Below, one piece after another: positions 25,032 to 35,700 of a stretch of DNA of 64,000 nucleotides. The stretch comes from Hormiphora californensis (taxonomy: Eukaryota; Animalia; Ctenophora). A program made the translations under genes and the position numbers. The notes under the pieces are model-generated. The model was not told the DNA's origin. It was given only the letters and a program-made list of their open reading frames with translations, and ran no database searches. The first letter of the stretch is position 1. Every line of letters starts with the position of its first letter. Where the stretch lies: the NCBI GenBank assembly GCA_020137815.1, contig CM035352.1, forward strand, positions 248,001 to 312,000. The letters are read 5' to 3'.

Positions 25032-26334
25032 GGGTACACCTGGCTTTTTTCATCATCGAGTGCCCAACCAAATGACTTCACCAGGGTTAAGGCCATACAA
25101 AATGGACCTCAAATATGCAATTTTAGCCCTAAAGTCGAATTCATATTTTTGCTACAGCCTATTTTCAAAGTGGCGTTTTTTCAATTTTTGTTGAAATTTT
25201 TAACCTCAGGACCACTTTTTTTGAGATAGAAACATTAAATTCTTGGAATTTGAAGAGAATATAAAGGTGAATAAGCCCAAAGAAGGATTTTTGAAATGGA
25301 GCTTATTTCTGGCCATGAGAACGGTTTACTTTTTTGCTTCTTTGACACGCTGGCTGAGAATGTTCCCATGCTTCATTAGAGATGAAAATCTGGAAATAGT
25401 TGCTCAAAACGATTATCTATGTGGCCCAAAAATTTTGGAACTTTCCCGCCAAAGATGTGGTGTACAGAGCTTTTTTTGTGAAACCTGTCTTTTTGAAAAA
25501 GAGGGAAATTCCCTGTATCTCAAAAACGGATGATCGTAGAGACCTGGGACCGAGCTTAATCGATTCAGAAGGTTCGATTTTGGGGGGGTCTTCTGAGAGA
25601 CATTTTGCTCCTACTCCAACCGTTTTTGCTGTAATTGCGAAAAAGGTATCAGCAAGTAAGGGGGAAATCAGCCCGAAGCAGGCTACTGGAATAGAGTTGT
25701 TTCCCCTTTTCATAGAATTGGTTTTTTGCAATTACAGCAAAATCGGTTGGAGTAGGAGCAAAATGTCTCTCAGAAGACCCCCCCAAAATCGAACCTTCTG
25801 AATCGATTAAGCTCGGTCCCAGGTCTCTACGATCATCCGTTTTTGAGATACAGGGAATTTCCCTCTTTTTCAAAAAGACAGGTTTCACAAAAAAAGCTCT
25901 GTACACCACATCTTTGGCGGGAAAGTTCCAAAATTTTTGGGCCACATAGATAATCGTTTTGAGCAACTATTTCCAGATTTTCATCTCTAATGAAGCATGG
26001 GAACATTCTCAGCCAGCGTGTCAAAGAAGCAAAAAAGTAAACCGTTCTCATGGCCAGAAATAAGCTCCATTTCAAAAATCCTTCTTTGGGCTTATTCACC
26101 TTTATATTCTCTTCAAATTCCAAGAATTTAATGTTTCTATCTCAAAAAAAGTGGTCCTGAGGTTAAAAATTTCAACAAAAATTGAAAAAACGCCACTTTG
26201 AAAATAGGCTGTAGCAAAAATATGAATTCGACTTTAGGGCTAAAATTGCATATTTGAGGTCCATTTTGTATGGCCTAAACCCTGGTGAAGTCATTTGGTT
26301 GGGCACTCGATGATGAAAAACGCCAGGTGTACCC
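25032..26334. mobile_element. Kolobok-like foldback element (1303 bp), same family as 12703-14003
   Basis: TTAA TSD, near-perfect arms. Confidence 0.88.
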
Positions 26335-26808
26335 TTAATGTCCCAGGGACATTAAAGTCGGACGTGTTTATTTAGGACATGGATATTAACTTCACGCGGC
26401 CCCCCCCCCCCAATAGTGCAATTACATGCGCGCAATGTAGTATATCGCATGTAATTTCACTATTGTTAGCTCGTTTGGAGGGCTGGCGGGACAGCCCGCG
26501 ATGCGCAATGTTGAGACGAACACGTTCCGAGAAAGGAGCATCAGTTGAATAGGAGTAGGAAGAACCCCCGAAAGAGACGCATTCTCTAGTTTAATCCCCC
26601 GTTCTCAGTCACAGTGGAGAACAACATAGGGAAGCGATTCCTTGGTCTTATCGATAGATTCTTCCCACCTGGCCATTGCCTACACAAGATAATGAACAGA
26701 AACTACGTGAAGGTGGCATACAGCTGCATGCCCAACATGGAGCGTATAATTAAGGGAAAGAATCGACAACTGCTGCATCAACACCTTCATCCTGCCACAA
26801 ATCAGAAG

Positions 26809-27009
26809 AGACACCAAACCAGATGGAGACTACCCCGTCCACCAAATGGCTAGAGTGTACAATACCACAGAGAGAGAAAGGGGCACCCATATATCTGTGT
26901 CCCCCAAAGTTTGGGGGACACAGATATATGGGTGCCCCTTTCTCTCTCTGTGGTATTGTACACTCTAGCCATTTGGTGGACGGGGTAGTCTCCATCTGGT
27001 TTGGTGTCT
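26809..27009. repeat. perfect 201-bp palindrome
   Basis: 100-bp arms around a single G at 26909. Confidence 0.9.
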
Positions 27010-27210
27010 ACATTTCCAAACTACCCTGACTGTTCCCATGTGTTTTTTGAGTGTGTAGTGATCAATGCTCGATGTAATCCGACACTTTACACAACATTGA
27101 TCCTGTGTTGGGTAGCTGGCACCCTAGTTTAGATGTATTCTGACCCTTATTCACTAGGTTTATTGATATTGATATTAGATTTATATTGTATAACCCTAAC
27201 ATTCTTCATA

Positions 27211-27254
27211 GCACTGATGAGCGGAATTTTGCATTCTGTGAAACATATGTTTGC
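27211..27254 (+). ncRNA. minimal type I hammerhead ribozyme
   Basis: gca-CTGATGA-gcggaat(tttgc)attctgt-GAAA-catat-GTT-tgc; palindromic stem III (acatatgt). Confidence 0.8.
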
Positions 27255-29498
27255 GTAAATCTCCGTGTTTCATTTCTACTAACATTTTAGTCTCAGTACT
27301 TAGTCTTATGTAGTGTGTGTACAGCTCTGTGCTCTTGATATTTGGGAATTCTAACCAATTTTCCTTCTGTAGGCTGATGAAGATGTTGTTATATCGAAAC
27401 TGTTCTGACCATTACCAATATATCACCGTATTTTTCCTATGTCCATCTCGACCCAGCCGTAAGGAGGTATTATCTCTAACGATTATTATCAGGCTGATTC
27501 CACTTCTAATAGGTCCCTAAAAGTACTGACAAAGAGTATTTTGTAACAAAGGTTGCCCAGAGACGCAGTTATACGTTTTAAGGGGACTCGATAGAAAACC
27601 GGTTTTCAGAAGGCTGTAGCATGGCTTTCTTTTATCCGTTTGACTTCATATTTGGAATGTATTGCCGGCCTGGGAATTAGAACTAAAGTTTACAACTCCA
27701 AGTCTCTAGCTCACCAGGGACCGAAGTTAGAGCCGCCCCTGTCTCAAGGGGTTGTTCCTCCACCCCTTATAAAAGTTAAACAATTATATGAGTAGATGTA
27801 ATCACAAAATATCAATATTCTCACATTTCATTCTAACATTTTGATCACAGCGCTAGCAAGCGCAAAGGTGGTCCCATCCGTCATATTAATTGTGCCGTGT
27901 TCCCTCTGTACGTCTTCTTACAGTATTTCTTAGAAAGCGTGGCAGATTCCGGCCAATAATTTTAACGATATGTATATTTTCATTTTGAAATAAATTTTTA
28001 TAAAACTTCAAACAAAAACATTTCACTTGATTCAAAAAGACACTTGGCCGGAATCTGCCACCGTAGTAGTCACTCACTCACGAGCGCAAACAACCCCCCA
28101 GCGGTGGCAAATCCTCTACTTGAGGAAGCTCCAGTGGGGGGACAGAGGATACATTTTTCTCTAGATTTGCGATCGGTACGATCGCCCCAGGCCCCCAGCG
28201 TATTTTAAAAATATTGTTAGGCTCCAGTTACAAATTGGAACCTGGTGTATCAGTTTCCAGCTCCCAGTTTCAAATCGAAATTATGACAATTACGCACAGC
28301 ACTACTTTCAATGCAACTCACATGGAAATTTGTGTCACGTGACCGTAGATGACGCACGCAGCGTGGTTCATCAGGAGTGGACCTCAAAAAGCCAAAAATA
28401 TATCTAATTCAGAGCGAAAACTTATTTAAATTAGTTCGTCGGAAAGGTGGCCCATTTTATTCTTACTCCCTCATTTTCGTCACCTTAGAGTTAAAGGCTG
28501 AAAAGTATACTGATACTTCATTCATCATTGCGAAAGCCTAAACTCAACGGTGACGAAAATAAATGAGAAGAATAAAATGGGCCACCTTTCCGGTGAACTA
28601 ATTTAAGTTAGTTTTTACTCCAAAAGGGGGGGGGGGTGGTCACCTTAATTTTGTTAACAAAAACTAAAACTTTTCTTCTATCTTATTTTTTCGATTTATC
28701 AGGAGTTTTAAGCAATTTTCAGATATTTTTTTCGTGTAGAAAAATATTCAAAACAGGGTGCTTGTTTAACATTTGGCTGCTGAAAAAGTATATCGCAGCT
28801 GAAATCTACACTGGAATATACTCTTTCAGCAGCCAAATGTTTAAAGTTGTGCGGCGCTGCACTGGAAAGTACCCTTTTTGGAATATTTTTCTACACGACA
28901 AAAAATCTAAAAAATGTCTTAAACCCCTGAAAAATCGAAAAAATAAGATAGAAGTATCTTGTCAACCTTTAATGTATCATGTCAGCCTTTAATGTGACCA
29001 CCCCCCTCTAAATTAATAACATACATTAAAAGATAACAAGTTTGTATTATGCCTCGAATATATTTCTCTAAGCCACCTATAACAAGAACCAACACAGCAT
29101 ATTCTTTCTCCGTCACATATAAAGTATAGACTGCTGAATGAAGATCAATAGTCGTGGTTGCTCTTCACTCAAGAATCGCACAAGAAAGCAGGGTGGATCC
29201 TTTACCAATATTCCTAATATAAATATCAATAATGATCGTGTGGTATCTGTAGCTGAGCCAAACCGTAATTAGGAAAAGTTAGCTAAATAAGGGCTGAAAC
29301 TAGGGATAAGTTTGAGGAAGTAATTTTGATATCTCCTTCTGGTGATCAACACACACACACACGCCCTCCGTACAACGGTTATATAGGGGAATCTCACACA
29401 CACACGGGCAGATCTCGGTCAAGGAGAGATTAATTGATTATTCAGAATAAAGAGAGCAAGTGCTTGAATATAGTGTGAAGAAATGCGATCTGTACAGG

Positions 29499-29571
29499 GG
29501 TTCGGTAGCTCAGTGGTAGAGCATCGAGCGCGTCTCTCTGGAGGTCCCTGGTTCAATTCCCGGTCGAACCC
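29499..29571 (+). pseudogene. tRNA-like (Cys-type body) module inside a 190-bp hairpin MITE
   Basis: 7-bp acceptor stem GGTTCGG/TCGAACC, D arm GCTC-AGTGGTA-GAGC, B box GGTTCAATTCC, T5; anticodon loop CGCGTCT lacks U33 and R37. Confidence 0.75.
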
Positions 29572-30146
29572 AGTATTTTTCGATTTTCTTCCCTATTTAA
29601 TTCTTGCTCAGATCTCTTTATTCTGAATAGGGATAAGTTTGTAACAACTACAAGATAATTCCTTTACCACCTATGGGTCCCTAAAATCACCAAAAAAAAC
29701 CCAAAAAAAATTGGCGATGGCGAAGTTGGTTTTTGGACCACGCCCTTTTACCTGTAATTTCAGTCATGTGGTCAAAAATATAAACTCTCTTAGAATAGGA
29801 GTAGAGAAGAAAATAAGGGGAGCAAAGTGTGTATTGTCCTCGCATTCGTGGGGGTAGACGCCCATGAAAAAAATGAGCAAAAACGGTAAGCCAAATAACG
29901 GCTAAACGGTTGGAGATAGAGCTTAAAAGTCAGATGTCGACCCTCCATAACTTGGCCATTGCCTACAAAATGGCACCAGTGAAAAGTCAGAAGTCTCTCA
30001 ACCATTCCTAAGTAGCCGTATGGCAAAAAACGGCTATGTGCAGATATAATCATCCAACTATCTAATTAACCAAATGAGATATACTTTTCATGGGCGTCTA
30101 CCCCCACTAATGCGAGGACACTACAAAGTGTGTAGTACACTTTCTT

Positions 30147-31336
30147 GGTGACCCACTTCTCTGGCCACTACAACTCTGGCTACTACAACTCTGGCTATTA
30201 CAACTCTGGCTAGTAGCCACAGTTGTACACAACTCTGGCTACTAGGAGTGCATCTCTGGCTACCAAACGACCCCGCCTATGTATGCAACAGAACACCGAC
30301 TCATTAGGTGATAGGTAGCTAGGTACACGCATTAATATACACGAGTTAGGTAATAGGTTATTGGTTTGCTGGATAAAGTACTGATAAGTTGAGAACATGG
30401 TGATTGCTTCCAGGCCAACCCCAAGGAATCGAATCCCGCCACTACAGCAACCTCCGCACCTAACAACACCAAGAGCTCTGACAACAACAGCGGAAAGACC
30501 GAGACCCTCCGTCGGCCGTCTACTAAGATAGTAAACGTGGACAGCGGATACTCGCCAGAAACGGAGACTCAGATCGAACTCATCAGCCGTAAACCTGACA
30601 TCGTTTCACCCGAGCTATTCAAGAAAAACATAGTTTTCGGGGATCAAGTTAACCTCAGATAATTTTCCAACCTTTAGGTGTAGAGGTCTGAAACTTCTTT
30701 TAAGTTGACCTTGTAACAAGATCTATCCCAACCTCAATTGCCATGTTGAAACATCTCCAACCATTAGCAGGACAAATAAGCTGATCCCACCAGTTCACCG
30801 TCTTTATCTCTCGCGAGAATTCAATATAAGATCAGGCCTGCTTTGATCTCAGGGATAGAATGAAGCCAACCATTCTCTCCCCCATATCGTACAGGCTTCT
30901 CCAGCTGACTGTCAGGCCAATGCTTTGACCACAGTTCTCATGCGAGAAACGAAAATGGGTCAAGCCAATACTCTGACAGCCAGCTGAACACCTGAATCCC
31001 ATCGGGACCACATCCTCTCTCCAAGCCAACCACATCCCCTGAAAGTCTAACTGCATGGTCTCTACTGCAGTCCTCTCTTGGTCTAACCTCTTACGAACTC
31101 TGTCGATCACAGCACCTCTCCTCTCGCTGTCCGACACCTTCTCCCAAGGAAACGTCCCTGACAACGATATAATAACGTGTAATACGGCGTTATATTTCTT
31201 CTATAAGCGGGACTTCGTAATAGCCAGAGTTGCACCCCTAGTAGCCAGAGTTGTATACAACTGTGGCTACTAGCCAGAGTTGTAATAGCCAGAGTTGTAG
31301 TAGCCAGAGTTGTAGTGGCCAGAGAAGTGGGTAATC
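30147..31336. mobile_element. MULE-like TIR element enclosing a non-LTR retrotransposon fragment
   Basis: 9-bp TSD cactttctt; arms of (ctacaactctgg)n; internal QGMWLAWRE..SWRSLYDMGERMVGFIL on the minus strand. Confidence 0.75.
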
Positions 31337-31727
31337 CACTTTCTTCTCTACTCCTATTCTAAGAGAATTTATATTTTTTACCACATGACTGAAAATTAAC
31401 TGAATCAATAAGTTGACCAATCGGCTGTTTTTGAGTCGCACAGACGACTTGGAGATTTATTTCATAAAATAAATCTCCGAGTCGTCTACAGTCCTAAATC
31501 AACACTATTTCGTTGACTTAAAATTAGCTTGTTACAAATGTTTCCCTAGTTCAAAGCTAACTTTCCCTAACTGCCACTTGGTGGTCTACTCAATCCTAAA
31601 ATTGTTCTTCCAAAAACTGAAATTTCATCAAATTTTGAATTTTTGTGGCGTGCGCTATACGTTAACATGTGATAAACGCACAAAACAATTCCGTGCACGA
31701 CTTTGGGGGTGAACAGTTGAAAAAAAT

Positions 31728-32322
31728 GGTGTGCGGACTCTAGTGCTACACTCTAAGTCTACAGAGGACTCTATTATATCTAAATTTAGATTTAGATAAA
31801 GAGTCCAAATAAGTCTAAACTCTAGGAGGACTCTATGTCTAAAAAGTCTACAAAGGGCGGACTCTATATCTAAAAAGTCTAAAAAAAAGTGGATTCTATA
31901 TCTACATAAATCTAAATTAGATAAAGAGTCCGCCTTTCGCCGCAAACTCGAGATTTCGGCCGTTAGGCCGGAAACGAGAGTTTGCTCTACCCCTATACTA
32001 ATTTAGAAGTGTTAGGGCCGTTATTTGGGTTCGAGGTTAGGGTTAGGGTTAGTGTTAGGGTTAGTGTTAGGGTTAGGTTTTGGGTTGGGTTAGGATTTTA
32101 GACATAGAGTCCGGGTTGGAGGATTTGGCGCCAAAATGTACTAGAGGACTCTATAACTAAAAATTCTACACAGGGCGGACTCTTTATCTAAAAAGTCTAC
32201 ACAGGGAGGACTCTTTATCTAAACTTTTTTCAAATCTAACTGTAGATAAAGAGTCCGTTTTTAGATATAGAGTCCGCCTTGGATTTAGATAAAGAGTCCG
32301 TTAGCACTAGAGTCCGCCCACC
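31728..32322. mobile_element. MULE-like MITE with central TTAGGG-like repeats
   Basis: 9-bp TSD gaaaaaaat; TIR GGTG.GCGGACTCTAGTGCTA; telomere-like run at ~32035-32093. Confidence 0.85.
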
Positions 32323-32530
32323 GAAAAAAATGGAGTATACATCATCGAAGAAGCAGTCTGCTAACATTGTTTGCTTTTTTATATCTCACATTATAATGTT
32401 AGACATCGTCTGATCAGACAAATAATTTGGCCAATCGTTGAGCTGATGGTGAAATTTTACTCATGAAAAGCTATGTCTTGCCTAGGTGGCTTCTAGAAAT
32501 ACAGTACGTGCACCAAATGTTCACGTACAA

Positions 32531-32760
32531 CTAAGCGTCCAGAATAAGTTGAATTGCAGAGTGAACTTCCGGAATAGCAGCGACGGTATGTGTTTTCAAA
32601 GAAAGATTAGGGGACGTCCCATCTGCTAAACGTAGCTCTCCAAGAACCCAAATTCCATTCGTAAACTTGAGAGAAATGAAGATGAGGGTTTCACCATTAC
32701 CTCCCTTTCGCGTAGCAACAACGAAGAGGTTGTTAGCATTTAACACTTGCTCCACTTGCT
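32531..32760 (-). CDS. AP1B1: beta-adaptin last coding exon 16 ([14 protein letters not shown]...LILDA*)
   Basis: cctttcag acceptor, TAG stop at 32531-32533, 230 nt. Confidence 0.92.
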
Positions 32761-35700
32761 CTGAAAGGATATAATTTGAGAAACGGCAATAAGAAAATTA
32801 GCAGGCAATAACAGGCCGGTGAGGACTGTCCGAGGATGTTAACTTTAAATATAAGCCGATTGATCCAATAAACGAGCTACTCAATCATTCAGATGATTGG
32901 AATTTCTGTATTACAATATTTTTTAAATACAGTCGGACCCCGATTTAACGGCACCCTCGGGGGAAAGGATTTTGTCCGTTAAATCGGGGTATCCGCTAAA
33001 TCGGGGTTAATTTCCCATATCGGGGGAAGATTATGCTGCCGTTAAATCGGGGTGCCGCTAAATCGGGGGCCGTTAAATCGGGGTCCGACTGTATACACCC
33101 TTCCTACAAATATATCTCTTACCGGCTGATTTATTAAGTGGGCTGAGAGTAAATTGGCTTTCCTTTTCGTCAGGAATTTCCCTCCATGTTTGGGGGAACA
33201 TATTTTTTCCAATGTTTCCATCCTCCACGAACAGCACATATGATGGTATAACACATCTAAGAAAATTTTTTATCACTGCGCTGGCAAGCAGAAAGGCTAC
33301 CATCCCCCCCCAGGAACCGGCGATATTTGATCAAAATTTTTCGATTCGATCTCGATTCGATCTTTGGATGAACAAAAAATATCGATTCGATCTTTGGGTC
33401 ATCAAAAACATTTCGATTCGATTCGATTTGATCTTCAGGCAATAAAAAAAATGTCGATTCGATTCGATCCGATCTTCGATAAATCAACAAGAATAACTGC
33501 ATTATGTTTCATAATGCTATGTTTCCCCGCCAACCTTTATTTTCATAACCATCTAATGTGAAGGCGGGACAGACGTTTCCGATCATTTATAAATCACTCA
33601 AACCGTATAGAACAAATATTTGTGTTTTAGTAGCACTAAATTGCACGCCACATTGCGCGGCTCACATTTCCTGAAAACGTGCCATTGAAGTGTTTGATGA
33701 AGGAGCAACACTGTTGTCCCTCGCAACTGAGCGGGTTACAGCCAGTTTTGTGACCGTGACACCTCACTAGTATGTAAAATTGTCGAATTCTAAACCTTTC
33801 GTACTCATGTATGATAAACATGGACGGGATAGTGAAGTCTCACAACAAAGCGATACTCAAGAAAGCGGAGGATGAGGAAAAACAGAGTGAACGCCAGTGT
33901 AACTGCAGAATTCCAGAAAACTGTCCTGTGGGAAACACATGCCTGAAATCCGGTGTAGTCTACGAAGCACTAATCAAACACAGCAACGGGGTAGAACAGA
34001 AATATGTGGGAATGACGGGTGGGTCATTCAAAACCAGGTTCAATGGCCACATGGCGACAATAAGACACGACAAACACAGGACAGCGACAGAACTCTCCAA
34101 ACTAGTTTGGAGCCTCCATGACAGACAGATAACGTATGACATAACATGGCAGATCATCGCCAAAGCTCCACCATACCGCCCAGGCAACATCACCTGCTCT
34201 CTATGCCTGGCCGAAAAGTTCGCAATATTAACGAGGAAAGGACTAATTAACAAGAAATGGGAGCTTCTTAACAAATGTCCCCACCGGAGAGGACACCTGG
34301 CATCACTTCAACAAACGGTTTGATGAATGAGTCAAAGAGGAAGTTGAACGTTTTAAAATTTGCAAGTTTTCTTTTTTCTGACGATTGCGAAAGCATGAAA
34401 CTATTAGTAAAAAATTAAAAACTTGTATTACTTTGTAATCAGCTCCAGAATCTTGATCCTGTCGAGCGCTTTACCAGCAATCCCTTTATAAGCAAAGAAT
34501 TCTAAACCCCTATGCCTTTTTTCGATTTGATCTTTGAGCTCAAAAAATACTCGATTCGATATTTCGATATTTTGATTCGATTCTATATTATAGCCGGTTC
34601 CTACCTATTCAGGGCGTGATCGAGGTCTCGCAGCACTCGGCCAAATCGCTTTCTAAATTTTCTTACATTTGGACCAACATGCAAACAATAGCTTGTTGCC
34701 ATACTGTTTCTCAACTTAGCAACTTAGGACAAAAAGGATCGTTTAGTTTCCTATTTAAAAGTGAAAACTAAATTAAAATTTAAGAAAAACCAGAAAAGTT
34801 ATGGTAAAGGCTAAAAGAGTCAGAGACTTTCCGATCTGGGGTAGGGAAAAAATACACAAAAAAACAAATACATAACCACTTACTCAAAGTAAAAGACGTC
34901 AATATCATTTTTCATGGCCATTTGCACTTTCAGTAAAGGCTCCATCTTCATAACTGCCCCCGAGGTAGCGATGGCAAGGGCGGTGGTCGCTGAGCCACCC
35001 GCTATAATTGGCCCTGCCACGGAGAGGGGTGCTGCAGGTGTCAAACCAAAGCTGTTCTTGTTAAATTGGATAGCGAAACCTCCCATATTCTGAAAAAACA
35101 AAGTGAGAACAAATGTTTAAGAATTGTTGGGCACGGCTGAGTGGGAATGACCACATTTGCACTTGCCAGCGCAGTGATTATGTACCATCATTGATTTGTT
35201 GTAGATTGTCATATCCAAGAAGATTCCCTTGTTGCGACGAGCAAATGTAGCAGCAACTTCAAGCCCCTTTGCTTTCGCCGCACTTAAAATAATATGGGGT
35301 GGGGCAGAATAATTCTTGGGTATATCTAAAGAGAAGAGGTCCATGGGTGCAGCTGTACTACTCGCTGGTGCAGTAGTTCCTCCCACCTGAAATATATTTA
35401 TTGTAATCGGGGAACAACCTAGAAAAATACCAGTAAATTGAGAGAGAAGAACTAAACATGGATTTTCTTGGACTGTGTAGCTCCGTATTCCCCTGCATTC
35501 AATAATTATCACGTAACATGTGAAGACCAATGGTGCGCTAGTTATTTTAAACAAAAGATATACAGTCGGACCCCGATTTAACGGCACCCTCGGGGGAAAG
35601 GGTTTTGTCCGTTAAATCGGGGTGTCCGCTAAATCGGGGTCAAATACAGTTAATTTCCTATATCGGGGGAAAATTATGCTGCCGTTAAATCGGGGTGCCG

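Larger units (their letters stand above)
21325..26410. mobile_element. poly-G-ended TIR element with several nested insertions
   Basis: 8-bp TSD caatagtg inside the 21254-26528 hairpin MITE; ggacattaa repeats in the arms. Confidence 0.8.
20990..27300 (+). mobile_element. Penelope-like element remnant split by ~5.3 kb of nested insertions
   Basis: YVNRQSNHPASILKNIPGMISKRLSSISSN at 21040-21230 continues as [18 protein letters not shown]...VKVAYSCMPNM at 26590-26800; hammerhead at 27211. Confidence 0.85.

Noticed and set aside
27374-27410. Possible fourth hammerhead (CTGATGA...GAAAC) or terminal exon ADEDVVISKLF*
   Set aside because: Stem I does not pair and there is an extra base in the core; the exon reading is unsupported. 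The similar hit at 55741 lacks stem II and an NUH site.
32035-32093. True telomere or chromosome-fusion scar
   Set aside because: Short, degenerate and enclosed in a TSD-flanked MITE.
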